This document shows positions 1-8,714 of a stretch of DNA of 64,000 nt, piece by piece. The DNA comes from a virus. Lineage: Duplodnaviria; Heunggongvirae; Uroviricota; Caudoviricetes. The notes below the pieces were generated by a model. It saw only the letters and a program-made list of their open reading frames with translations. It ran no database searches and was not told the DNA's origin. The stretch lies in the IMG/VR virus record IMGVR_UViG_3300011008_000003. One strand, written 5' to 3'. A program made the translations under genes and the position numbers. The first letter of the stretch is position 1. The number at the start of each line of letters is the position of its first letter.

Positions 1-1428
1 CTTGCCTTTGGAAATATCATACATTATCAGGTACTTGCGGAATTCCGGATTATCGTCTTCCCATTCAGTGTTCTGATAGTAGATTGAACCGTCAGGTTGC
101 GGAATCTTATAACATTCTTCCTTAGCCCACCAGTCTTCATGGTTTTCTTTCTTGTCGTTAAGAACACGGTTAGTCTTGTGCAAGAAACGAAGAATATAAC
201 CAGTAGTGGTCGGAACCTTATTATAAATCTTGTCAAGTGTAACAATGCAATCGTAAGCATATTCGATAATAAGTTCAAAAAGCTTGAGCTTATAGAAGAA
301 TCTTTCAAGAAGGGTAACGTCCTTGATGTTATAGCATACGAAATTGTTCCAGTCATTCTTGTACGCTTCGTTAATAGAACCGTCATATTTTAATTTCTGG
401 TCACCGAGAACAAGGTTAGCAACAAAGTTCAAAGAGTAAGAAGGTAGAGGGTCATGTTTACCGAAAGTCTTATACAATTCCATGAAGTCTATAGAATACA
501 GGCCAGGAATTTCAAATGTAGCACCAAGGTCAACACCTTCAAGTTTTCTATCGCGGATTTCATGCTTGACAGGATCCATACCGAGAGGAGATAAGGCTCT
601 TTCCCAATAGATTGTCTTCTGTGTAATTGCACGAAGCTTTTCGCAACGGTTAATGATATACGGAATATCGTACGAGACAGAGTTCCATCCCGAAATAATA
701 TCGAAATCCATATTCCTAAACCAAGAAACCCATTTCTTAATCAGGTCTTGTTCACTTCTACAATAAACATAAGTAGTATCTTCAAGCTTATCCTTGTCAC
801 CAGTATATGGCTTTAAACCGAACGTAAAGCGCTTCTTTTCACGAGTTGAGTAGCAAGTAATAAGATTTATAGGCCAGTCAGCTTTTTCAGGTGCAGGGAA
901 CTCATATGACGCAAAACAAGAATTATTAAATTTAGTCCAGATATTATTTTCTATATCGAAAACTTCAAATTCATCTTTCGGATATTTCATATCAAAATCG
1001 TAAAGCTCGACTGTCTTGAAAATCTGTTTGTCGAGATTACGTATTTCAATCGGCTGGTCGTCATAATACTTAGAAGAACCAGCAACTTCAATATCGAATA
1101 AGCAAATATTCCAGTCGTTAATATCGACTTCAAGGTTTGCAAAATCGTATCGTTCATGCATGAACTTGACTTCTGGACGAAGGTCAGATTCTGCAATGAT
1201 ACAGTTCGCACTCATCTTATGAGGTTCAATCTGTTCTTTCCTGGTATAAGGAAACTTTTTAACAGGGTTCTTATAAATGTCAGTAATATTTGATTTACCA
1301 GTAGGATCCGAGACATAACACCAAGGCTTATAATCGTATGTGTCCCATGTATTGGAACCTTGTTCCTTTAGCAATATCTTGTTCTTTATCCTATCGTAAT
1401 AACAATTCTTAAAACCAATCTTTGCCAT
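1..1428 (-). CDS. 43: Family B DNA polymerase (T4 gp43-like), N-terminal/3'-5' exonuclease half, runs off the window start
   Basis: Manual translation from ATG at 1428 (MAKIGFKNCYYDR...) stays open to position 1; contains ExoI LFDIEV, ExoII SGWNSVSYDIPYI, SYSLNFVA and ExoIII YNIKDV motifs. Absent from the ORF track because there is no stop in the window. Confidence 0.93.
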   Translation of the reverse strand, partial: MAKIGFKNCYYDRIKNKILLKEQGSNTWDTYDYKPWCYVSDPTGKSNITDIYKNPVKKFPYTRKEQIEPHKMSANCIIAESDLRPEVKFMHERYDFANLEVDINDWNICLFDIEVAGSSKYYDDQPIEIRNLDKQIFKTVELYDFDMKYPKDEFEVFDIENNIWTKFNNSCFASYEFPAPEKADWPINLITCYSTREKKRFTFGLKPYTGDKDKLEDTTYVYCRSEQDLIKKWVSWFRNMDFDIISGWNSVSYDIPYIINRCEKLRAITQKTIYWERALSPLGMDPVKHEIRDRKLEGVDLGATFEIPGLYSIDFMELYKTFGKHDPLPSYSLNFVANLVLGDQKLKYDGSINEAYKNDWNNFVCYNIKDVTLLERFFYKLKLFELIIEYAYDCIVTLDKIYNKVPTTTGYILRFLHKTNRVLNDKKENHEDWWAKEECYKIPQPDGSIYYQNTEWEDDNPEFRKYLIMYDISKGK

Positions 1429-1458
1429 ATATACCTATATATTTTACATAAAATATAG

Positions 1459-1493
1459 AAAAATAACACGGCCCATGAGACCGTGTTATTTTT
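1459..1493. terminator. Intrinsic terminator hairpin
   Basis: AAAAATAACACGG-loop-CCGTGTTATTTTT inverted repeat downstream of the 1511-1717 ORF. Confidence 0.7.
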
Positions 1494-1510
1494 TATTGAG
1501 ATTTCCTCAA

Positions 1511-1717
1511 TTAGATGTGAAGAGCTTTAATGAATGCGGCAATATCAGACATAGCCTGCATATAGCCGTTCTTGAATTCAACCTTTGCTTCAGGAACAGG
1601 GGTCTTCTTAACTTCGTCAAGACGAGCCGGAATAAACTGCTTGATAGCACGGATAGAATTAACAAGGACATCTTCCGAGTCAATAGCATCATTAAAGTTA
1701 TTTGCATTACTGGTCAT
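1511..1717 (-). CDS. Hypothetical protein (68 aa)
   Basis: ORF in the minus-strand operon, GGAG RBS upstream. Confidence 0.7.
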   Translation of the reverse strand: MTSNANNFNDAIDSEDVLVNSIRAIKQFIPARLDEVKKTPVPEAKVEFKNGYMQAMSDIAAFIKALHI

Positions 1718-1730
1718 AGTTTTTCTCCAT

Positions 1731-1961
1731 TTATTTTTTTGTTAACCATATATTATAGATTCGAGTATCTTCTTGTTGCTTCCTGATATTTTCAGGAATG
1801 AACTTTTGATATTCTTCCGGAATATCCGACAAATCAGGTGCCTGTTCGTATTGGGACCATGCATCCTGCTGAGCAATTTGCTGAGCAATCTCGGGCATTC
1901 CCTCGAGAGCTGCTTCAAGGTCAATTGGTCTATCTTTATCGTGTTTGTACTCTGGAATCAT
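1731..1961 (-). CDS. Hypothetical protein (76 aa)
   Basis: ORF co-oriented with and overlapping the infA stop. Confidence 0.6.
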   Translation of the reverse strand: MIPEYKHDKDRPIDLEAALEGMPEIAQQIAQQDAWSQYEQAPDLSDIPEEYQKFIPENIRKQQEDTRIYNIWLTKK

Positions 1962-2199
1962 ATCTATACTCTATTATACCTTTGGATAAGTCATATTCTG
2001 ATAATTTCACCTGAACCCTATCGTCAGGGAGTATCTTAATACGATTTATCCTGATTTTACCGCATATTGTACATAGTACGACAAAATCGTTGTCAAGTTT
2101 CACGTCAAACATCGCGTTGGCTCGCGCTTCAAGAACTGTGCCATCTACGAAGATTCCGTCTTTGGGCTTTTTAGGACCTTTATTAACTTTCTTCTTCAT
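1936..2199 (-). CDS. infA: Translation initiation factor IF-1
   Basis: [60 protein letters not shown] matches the IF-1 S1/OB-fold pattern throughout. Confidence 0.93.
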   Translation of the reverse strand: MKKKVNKGPKKPKDGIFVDGTVLEARANAMFDVKLDNDFVVLCTICGKIRINRIKILPDDRVQVKLSEYDLSKGIIEYRYDSRVQTR

Positions 2200-2202
2200 T
2201 AT

Positions 2203-3318
2203 TTATTTTTTCTTTGTTCGTTTCTTAGTAGTTTTCGTAGATTTTTCCGGTGCCTTGACAATCTCAACCGGGGCGTCGACTACAGGATCATCGACAATTT
2301 CTAAGTCTTCACTAGGAGTTATGCTGTCGTTTTCTACGAGCTGTTCTGTCTGCGGTTCAAGCTGTTTGACTTTCTTACTTGTAGCAGCATCCAGTTTTTC
2401 TCGTAACAGTTGTGCATTAGCTTCTATCTGTGCAAGTTTGCTATTGGCGGTCTGAGCCTGCTTTTCGTTTTGGTAAAGAAGAGCATTGCTCAAAAGACTA
2501 GAATCCGCCATTTCGTTCATCTTGATGAACTGTTGATTTAAAGTTGCAGCCTGTTCATCATCCGGCATTTCGATAGACTCAGGCTCAAGTGCCTGCTCAT
2601 TATTATTATCAAGTTCTCCATTATCAGCGGTTTCGTATGATTCATTAGTCGGAGGAACAGGATTATATACTGGCTTTTCAACTATTCTTTCTACCGGCTT
2701 TTCTACATACTTAACTATTTCTTTCGGCTTCGGGTTAACAATGGCTTCGAAAATCTTGTCAAGATGCTTGTTAATCTTTTCAAGACCAGACATACCATAA
2801 CGATAAAATGCAGTTTCGATTTTCTTCTGCATTTCATTCATCATTACGTATGCTTTTGACAAAGCTGGATTGTTAGCTGATTCTGTAATCCGCGGTTCAC
2901 GACGTTTATTAACAGGCGGCATATACAAATCTTCATCCGGTTCTTCCGGAATTGGAGCCGGTTGCGGTATAGGACGAGGACGCGGGCGAGGCCTTGGCGT
3001 AGGCATTGGAGCTGGTTCAGGTTCAGGTTCCGGAATTGGCTCAGGTCTACGTTGCGGTACAGTACGCGGGCGATTCGGACGATAAGGAATACGAGCACCC
3101 TCATTGATTCGGGTATCATAATCATCATCAAATTCGCTATCGAATTCATCCTCGGTTTCTTCAGATTCTTCAATGGTTTCATTATAGAAATCATCATCGT
3201 CTGCTTCGAAACGTTTTGCCTGGAGTGCTTTTTGTTTTTTGTGCAGCTCAAGCTGTTGTTCTTCAGTCATCGAACGTTTTTGTTCTTCTCGTTTATAAAA
3301 GTCTAAAAAATCACTCAT
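2203..3318 (-). CDS. Hypothetical acidic, Pro-rich protein (371 aa)
   Basis: Long ORF with PEPEPEP/RPRPRP low-complexity tract; TATAAATA upstream at ~3333-3340. Confidence 0.8.
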   Translation of the reverse strand: MSDFLDFYKREEQKRSMTEEQQLELHKKQKALQAKRFEADDDDFYNETIEESEETEDEFDSEFDDDYDTRINEGARIPYRPNRPRTVPQRRPEPIPEPEPEPAPMPTPRPRPRPRPIPQPAPIPEEPDEDLYMPPVNKRREPRITESANNPALSKAYVMMNEMQKKIETAFYRYGMSGLEKINKHLDKIFEAIVNPKPKEIVKYVEKPVERIVEKPVYNPVPPTNESYETADNGELDNNNEQALEPESIEMPDDEQAATLNQQFIKMNEMADSSLLSNALLYQNEKQAQTANSKLAQIEANAQLLREKLDAATSKKVKQLEPQTEQLVENDSITPSEDLEIVDDPVVDAPVEIVKAPEKSTKTTKKRTKKK

Positions 3319-3345
3319 ATTTATACCGTTTTATATTTATAAAGA

Positions 3346-3729
3346 TTATTCCTCAGTTTTGGTAGTAAGCTTTATATAATACGTTTTAGACAAATCATCA
3401 GGTGTCATTACCACGACGAACGGCATTTCGAGAATTCTGGTCAAAGTGTTGATAAGGGCAGTTCCATATATTATGACCTTATAATACATTTCATTGTCTG
3501 TATCTTTCAATTTTACAAGATTATCGATACATTCGTCTGTGATAAAGTATGTATAATAATCTGGGCAGTCATCAGCGGCAATCGACTCGAGAACCTTATC
3601 GAATACCTGCTGGGCTTTCTCAGACGTCACAAAATCAACAATAGACTGAAGAGGATTTGGCTTATCGTGCATAGCCAAATCATGCAAATATTTCAAAATA
3701 TTATTTAACTCAGGTGTTTCCGGTTTCAT
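3346..3729 (-). CDS. Hypothetical protein (127 aa)
   Basis: ORF in tightly packed minus-strand operon. Confidence 0.7.
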   Translation of the reverse strand: MKPETPELNNILKYLHDLAMHDKPNPLQSIVDFVTSEKAQQVFDKVLESIAADDCPDYYTYFITDECIDNLVKLKDTDNEMYYKVIIYGTALINTLTRILEMPFVVVMTPDDLSKTYYIKLTTKTEE

Positions 3730-4000
3730 TCAGTTCTTCCCTTTCAAATGCCTTAATCATCTTATCGAAAAGAAAATCATAGATTTTCGTAAGATATTCA
3801 TCGACATTAGTTACAGTAGTATTAAGAATATTTACATAAATCTTAGCCGCGAAAGAAGGCTTGATGGAAATATAGCCACAGTAAGCCATCTCGGAAATGA
3901 ACAAGGCATAATAATCCTGTAATGTTCTATTCCCGATACCATCAAACACTTCTTCTAGGTTTTCTTCAGCTTCAACAATATTTTTGTATATCTCTTCCAT
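3710..4000 (-). CDS. Hypothetical protein (96 aa)
   Basis: ORF overlapping neighbours, start coupled to the clpP stop. Confidence 0.65.
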   Translation of the reverse strand: MEEIYKNIVEAEENLEEVFDGIGNRTLQDYYALFISEMAYCGYISIKPSFAAKIYVNILNTTVTNVDEYLTKIYDFLFDKMIKAFEREELNETGNT

Positions 4001-4713
4001 TAAATCATCTTTGCTGAAATTTTATCAATTATTCCAAGCTTCTTTGCCTCGCTTGCAGACATATAGTTGTCATACGAGGTAAGCTTTCTAAGTTCATCGA
4101 GGCTCTTGCCAGTCTGCTTCTTAAAAATCTTATTCATCGTATCGGTCCATACCTGCAATTCGTGCTGGATAATATTTATATCGTCAAGCTTGCCACCGAC
4201 TTCGGTAATGCCAGCCTGGTGAATCATAATACGAGAGCTCGGGAAAGCATAGCGGTGACCAATTGTACCGGATGCAAGAATGACAGAAGCCATAGAGCTG
4301 CACGGACCAATACAAATAGTATTAACTTCGATATGCTTAGACTTCAGCTTGTTAATACAGTCGATAATTGCAAATCCAACGTCGCATTCGCCACCTGGAG
4401 ACGAGATATAAATCGTAATCGGACGCTTTGTACCGTCGTCATAGAAACACAACTTCTGAATAATATGAATACCCAATTCCCAAGTAACTGGACCTGTCAT
4501 AAAGATAACACGGTTAGCTTCAAAGTAATTGTTACGAGCCATGTCAAAATAATTACCGAGTTCAGCAAGATTTATCGGCTGACCTTCGCCTTCATTCGGA
4601 TTTTCCGGATTTTCAGGCATACCAGGCATTTCCGGATTTTCCACCGGCTCCTGAACTTCATCATTACGAACTTTCTTGTACTTGCGCTTAGTTAATGTGG
4701 CTTTTAAGGACAT
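4000..4713 (-). CDS. clpP: ATP-dependent Clp protease proteolytic subunit
   Basis: NRVIFMTGPV, IYISSPGG, catalytic Ser motif GPCSSMAS, His motif RIMIHQ, Asp motif DNYMSASEAKKLGIID. Confidence 0.93.
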   Translation of the reverse strand: MSLKATLTKRKYKKVRNDEVQEPVENPEMPGMPENPENPNEGEGQPINLAELGNYFDMARNNYFEANRVIFMTGPVTWELGIHIIQKLCFYDDGTKRPITIYISSPGGECDVGFAIIDCINKLKSKHIEVNTICIGPCSSMASVILASGTIGHRYAFPSSRIMIHQAGITEVGGKLDDINIIQHELQVWTDTMNKIFKKQTGKSLDELRKLTSYDNYMSASEAKKLGIIDKISAKMI

Positions 4714-4981
4714 CTAAATACCTTTCATTATTATTGTTCAACTTATAAACTGCTGGTTGTTTCGGTTTATCAATTTCTGGATCGTCTTGCGGAGTAATAT
4801 TCGCACTTTTGAATAAAACCTTACCGAAAGAAATCGCTGCTTCGACACCACAATACTTGATTATACGGTATCGTTTAGTAGTTTTATTGAAATTAAAAAC
4901 TCCAACATCCCTTTCTCTGGATAACAAGATATACTTGTTACCTTGGGAATCCTTATACAAATGACCTATTTCGAAATTCAT
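4688..4981 (-). CDS. Hypothetical protein (97 aa)
   Basis: ORF in operon. Confidence 0.65.
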   Translation of the reverse strand: MNFEIGHLYKDSQGNKYILLSRERDVGVFNFNKTTKRYRIIKYCGVEAAISFGKVLFKSANITPQDDPEIDKPKQPAVYKLNNNNERYLDVLKSHIN

Positions 4982-5202
4982 ACAAGATTATTCTTCCCTA
5001 AAAAAGTATTAATTTTCTTGTTCAAGTCCATGTTCTTGAGACAAATTGCTTTCTTTTCTTCTTCATTATAATCGTCGTAGTTCTTAATGAAAACTTTGGC
5101 GTAGTCGTCAAAATGTTCAAAGACATCTTCGATTACAGATGCGTAAACGGTTTTTACTGCGTTAAGCGGGGTCACTTCCTTCTGATTCATTTGAATATTC
5201 AT
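4978..5202 (-). CDS. Hypothetical protein (74 aa)
   Basis: ORF in operon, overlapping neighbours. Confidence 0.6.
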   Translation of the reverse strand: MNIQMNQKEVTPLNAVKTVYASVIEDVFEHFDDYAKVFIKNYDDYNEEEKKAICLKNMDLNKKINTFLGKNNLV

Positions 5203-5461
5203 ACACTAATTTTTCCAGTTTTTGAGTGAATTCAGTTTTATTAGCAAAATCCGGCAATTTGGTTTCCGCTATAGCAAACCATTCTTGCAGAGTCTTACAG
5301 GTTTCCAGTTTTTCCGAAACTTTAGCTGCACTGTCGATAACTTCTTTCAGTGCTGCGAACTTTTTCGGATTGTTCGCAATAGAAAGCAAATCCTTATCTC
5401 TCTTAAAGAGAGGCGGGATATTAAACGGTTTGTGCTTTTTCGCCATCGGTTTCTCCTTCAA
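5162..5461 (-). CDS. Hypothetical protein (99 aa)
   Basis: ORF in operon. Confidence 0.65.
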   Translation of the reverse strand: MKEKPMAKKHKPFNIPPLFKRDKDLLSIANNPKKFAALKEVIDSAAKVSEKLETCKTLQEWFAIAETKLPDFANKTEFTQKLEKLVYEYSNESEGSDPA

Positions 5462-5885
5462 CGACTAATGATTCAGTATTATCCGTTTCAGGTCCGACGC
5501 TATCGCCTACGGCAACAGCACAAGTTTCAACACTGTTAGCTTGATGTAGTATTTCAGTTGCTACTTTATGCTGCCAGTCGTCGTAAACTTCCTTAATTGC
5601 GGAATCATAAAAATTACCGTTCTTAATATCGTCATAAGCAGCAAAGAGCTCATTACAGATTGTCTGCTTCAATGTATTGTTCAACGGCTGACAAAAACAA
5701 AGCTTATGCTTGTTATTCATATTTCGTGGATAACGTACATATCTGTAATTGTCCTTGATAATAAGTTCAAGGCCGGTAAGGAGTAGGCAGTTATCAAATG
5801 TAACTTGCCCGACTCCAACCACATCATGGAACTTTTTCTTATACGGGTAAACTTTTACCTTTGTAATTTCCATGATAACCACCAA
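5421..5885 (-). CDS. spoVG: SpoVG-family nucleic-acid-binding protein with acidic tail
   Basis: MEITKVKVYP...GVGQVTFDNCLLLTGLELI...YVRYPR...FCQPLNNTLKQTICNELFAAY follows the SpoVG pattern (ITdVrv...svtfD..fvi.gikvi....fvamPs....di.hPi....R..i...vl.aY). Confidence 0.75.
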   Translation of the reverse strand: MVVIMEITKVKVYPYKKKFHDVVGVGQVTFDNCLLLTGLELIIKDNYRYVRYPRNMNNKHKLCFCQPLNNTLKQTICNELFAAYDDIKNGNFYDSAIKEVYDDWQHKVATEILHQANSVETCAVAVGDSVGPETDNTESLVVEGETDGEKAQTV

Positions 5886-6308
5886 TTACAGACTATTTGC
5901 AAACTGTTCCAATTCGTAACCGGTCCTGTCATAAAGCTTAGGATCCAGAACGCAGTTCTGAGTCGTAATCATGATCAGAAGTTCGAATACATGCTTGATT
6001 TCCTCACGCGGTTCTGCGTCAGAAATGGCAATCATCTTAGTAATGACTTCTTCCGGAATCTTATGAATGAATGTAGATTCATTCTTATAGTCAATGAAAT
6101 GTTCCTTAAAGTCATTGAGATACCAAACAGCTTTTCCCAAATCCTTCTTAGGAGTACCCTTGTCACGATAACGCATACAATATTTCCAGCAATTACCCAA
6201 ATCAAAATTCAACCAACGAGTGACCTCGATTGCTTCAATTCCGGATTCATGAGAACGGTAATGCTTCGGCTTATTAATTTCTTCTTCAAGTGTCTGACCA
6301 TTAATCAT
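5886..6308 (-). CDS. DUF3310-like phage protein (nucleotide-kinase-associated family)
   Basis: INKPKHY..GIEAIEV...FDLGNCWKYCMRYRDKG..KKDLGKAVWYL motif. Confidence 0.8.
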   Translation of the reverse strand: MINGQTLEEEINKPKHYRSHESGIEAIEVTRWLNFDLGNCWKYCMRYRDKGTPKKDLGKAVWYLNDFKEHFIDYKNESTFIHKIPEEVITKMIAISDAEPREEIKHVFELLIMITTQNCVLDPKLYDRTGYELEQFANSL

Positions 6309-6688
6309 ATGGTTTCCTCTTTAGTTAATGCTTCAAGAATTTTCTTCTGTAGCTCTTTTTCGTTATCAGTATGTTCTTGAAGTTTCTGTTCATTTAAATA
6401 ATTAGTTAGGTCTTGTCGATTACGTTCCTTGGCCTGCATTACCCTGATAGGGATAAAGATTACAAGGAAATAACCGAAAGCGATGCCCAGATAAGGCAAG
6501 ATATTTTTGACGAAATATATAAGTGCACTTTGTACTGTATCGCCATATAGGCCAGTAATGCCAAGAACGAATGAATATACAATCGCGCCCGTTATAGAAA
6601 TCACCAAAACTGGTTTGGACGACTTTAGGCCGTCCACTAAATTCTTCTTTAAATTAGAGAGCTTCGTCATCTTCCAGATATGCCTCAA
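6305..6688 (-). CDS. Small membrane protein with two predicted TM helices
   Basis: Hydrophobic stretches VLVISITGAIVYSFVLGITGLY and ILPYLGIAFGYFLVIFIPI followed by a charged coiled tail. Confidence 0.7.
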   Translation of the reverse strand: MRHIWKMTKLSNLKKNLVDGLKSSKPVLVISITGAIVYSFVLGITGLYGDTVQSALIYFVKNILPYLGIAFGYFLVIFIPIRVMQAKERNRQDLTNYLNEQKLQEHTDNEKELQKKILEALTKEETI

Positions 6689-7622
6689 TATCTGTTTCAG
6701 GAATCATATAGCACTTCTTGTTGCTAGAGAGACCAGAAGCAGTCTTAACAGGAATCTTATATTCCTTATTGTTTTCCTTAGCGTCGATGTAGACAATACG
6801 GTCACCAACCTTGGAATGTTCAACACCGTCACCGACAAAAATAATTTCAGCTTCGACCAAATGACCTTCAGTATCGAGTTCTGGCACATAAATGCCAGCA
6901 GAGGTCTTCTTTTCACTAGAATCACGCGTAACGAGTACGTGCTTATCCTTAATCTTGATAATAGATTTCATATTTCCTTTCTCGTCTGTATCAAATACGA
7001 AGTCTACCAGAGAATCCGGAACTTCGTAGAATTTTTCCTTTGTTACCTTACCATCAGCGCCCTTAATCGGAAGCGTAATCTGAATGGAACTCATTTCAGC
7101 AAACGAAACCTTTTCACCAATGTTGCAATGACACGGAACAACAGTATTCGTTTCAGGATTATAAGTACCTGGACCCTGCATAAAGACAGTACCGGAAATA
7201 TTATCGATAGAACGCTTGATTTCAGGAATAACAAGACCACCAAGCGAAACCTTATCATCAGTTGTACGCTTGATGAGCATATAATTCTGAAGAACTTTCT
7301 TTACACCGACAACATTGTTCTCACCATCTTCTTCGAGAACCATAATAGCTTCATTCTGCTTCATCTTGAAAACCGGAGCCTTGGCATTCTTAAGCTTAAT
7401 AGGCTTAGCTACACCTGGATTGTAAACAATAAGGTCACCGACATTAAGATTTACAGAAACATGCTGATTGAATTTCTTATTTACACGACCAGTACCGATA
7501 CCGACCACACGACCATAAGCCATCGGCAAAGTACCGATATTCGGCAAAACAAGTCCACCACTAACAAGCTTGTTAATTGACGTATTTTCTTCGACTAAAA
7601 TATTAAAGTCGACAACTTTCAT
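6654..7622 (-). CDS. groES: Co-chaperonin with three tandem GroES/Cpn10 domains
   Basis: Three repeats with mobile-loop motifs SGGLVLP, LGGLVIP and SAGIYVP, each followed by G.V...G.G and V/IGD.V/I segments. Confidence 0.85.
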   Translation of the reverse strand: MKVVDFNILVEENTSINKLVSGGLVLPNIGTLPMAYGRVVGIGTGRVNKKFNQHVSVNLNVGDLIVYNPGVAKPIKLKNAKAPVFKMKQNEAIMVLEEDGENNVVGVKKVLQNYMLIKRTTDDKVSLGGLVIPEIKRSIDNISGTVFMQGPGTYNPETNTVVPCHCNIGEKVSFAEMSSIQITLPIKGADGKVTKEKFYEVPDSLVDFVFDTDEKGNMKSIIKIKDKHVLVTRDSSEKKTSAGIYVPELDTEGHLVEAEIIFVGDGVEHSKVGDRIVYIDAKENNKEYKIPVKTASGLSSNKKCYMIPETDIEAYLEDDEAL

Positions 7623-7631
7623 TAGTTACCT

Positions 7632-8291
7632 CTATACTTTTAATAGGAAATCTTCTTTGTTAAATTTAGCAAAATTTGCATGGCAATCGTTGGTCAATAA
7701 AATTTTTCCGTCTTTTTCTATAATGCTCTTTTCCGAGCTGTTGCCATAATGCCAAATATTTATATCAGAATAATCAATATTCATTTCGTCAGGATGATAG
7801 TATGTAATAACAATATTAGGAGTAGGTGTAGTATTTATAACGTTTTCTACCCGTGAAACTTCATCGCTAAATATACTTATTTTATCGTCCGTCCACCACT
7901 TCCAGGAGGAAATTTTTTCTTGCATTGAAAAGCCCATAGCACCGCCGATATTGACTCCAAAACGTTCTGTACAAGTACCGTCGAGTCTAACTGGATTACA
8001 TTTAGTTTTCTGTGGGCAACGAAGTCTATTCTTAACATTTTCAAATTTATTAGCAAGCGGTATATCGGAATTCATATCACTACCACCATAAACATAAAAT
8101 ACGCCCCTGTATCTTTGAGCGAGGCGTATTAAAAACGAGGACTCAATCTCGTCGAATTCCGATATACCACCGGCAATGCAGACAAAATCTGCAGGGACGA
8201 AATATTCATCAATAAACTTATCGTAAAGATCACCTTTACGAACCCTATTTGTATAGGGCAAGTTTAGATTATTGATGAAATAACAGTCCAT
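7632..8291 (-). CDS. Metallophosphoesterase-like protein (degenerate)
   Basis: Layout DFVCIAGGI / VFYVYGGSD / IWHYGNS parallels calcineurin-like phosphoesterase motifs, but metal ligands are largely replaced. Confidence 0.45.
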   Translation of the reverse strand: MDCYFINNLNLPYTNRVRKGDLYDKFIDEYFVPADFVCIAGGISEFDEIESSFLIRLAQRYRGVFYVYGGSDMNSDIPLANKFENVKNRLRCPQKTKCNPVRLDGTCTERFGVNIGGAMGFSMQEKISSWKWWTDDKISIFSDEVSRVENVINTTPTPNIVITYYHPDEMNIDYSDINIWHYGNSSEKSIIEKDGKILLTNDCHANFAKFNKEDFLLKV

Positions 8292-8307
8292 AGCCGGTTC
8301 TTACTAA

Positions 8308-8601
8308 TTAAGCAGCCATCTTTGCACGGAGTTCACGCCATGCACGAATTACTGCACGATCCTTAACGGAACGCTTGTGCTTACCACGGCAAATACGTTC
8401 TGCTTCGATGCAGAGACGAGCTTCTTCGTGTGAGAGACGACGAAGATGGGAAACACAAATCTGGATAACTTCCGGACGACGAATTTCCATACCAGTAAGC
8501 TGGCGGCGATTTCGAGTCTGGATAGTGTCTGTGGCAATCATATATGCCTTTCCGGTCTTACAGTTCATAACGTAAGTACCCGCATTCATAAATGTATTCA
8601 T
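8308..8601 (-). CDS. Hypothetical basic protein (97 aa)
   Basis: First ORF of the leftward operon; GAGG RBS and a CTATATT promoter-like motif upstream. Confidence 0.7.
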   Translation of the reverse strand: MNTFMNAGTYVMNCKTGKAYMIATDTIQTRNRRQLTGMEIRRPEVIQICVSHLRRLSHEEARLCIEAERICRGKHKRSVKDRAVIRAWRELRAKMAA

Positions 8602-8646
8602 AATTAACCTCTTTATGGGTGCATTATCGCAACCATGTACTACAAT

Positions 8647-8675
8647 ATAGTAATTTTTATGTAAATCGTAAAGTT
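8647..8675 (-). promoter_or_regulatory. Putative sigma70-type early/middle promoter
   Basis: Minus strand reads TTTACG-N17-TATATT upstream of the leftward operon; the CTATATTT core recurs before other replication/accessory genes. Confidence 0.45.
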
Positions 8676-8702
8676 TACAATATGGACTTTTTCTGGTTTT
8701 CT

Positions 8703-8710
8703 TATAAATA
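8703..8710 (+). promoter_or_regulatory. T4-type late promoter TATAAATA
   Basis: Exact T4 gp55 consensus, 4 nt before ATG 8715. Confidence 0.8.
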
Positions 8711-8714
8711 ATGC

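Noticed and set aside
27-1211. Apparent fragmentation of the polymerase region in the ORF track (27-386, 987-1211)
   Set aside because: These are other-frame ORFs; the polymerase frame from 1428 is open to the window edge.
6305-6688. Holin call for the two-TM protein
   Set aside because: No adjacent endolysin or spanin, and it lies in an early operon; left as a membrane protein.
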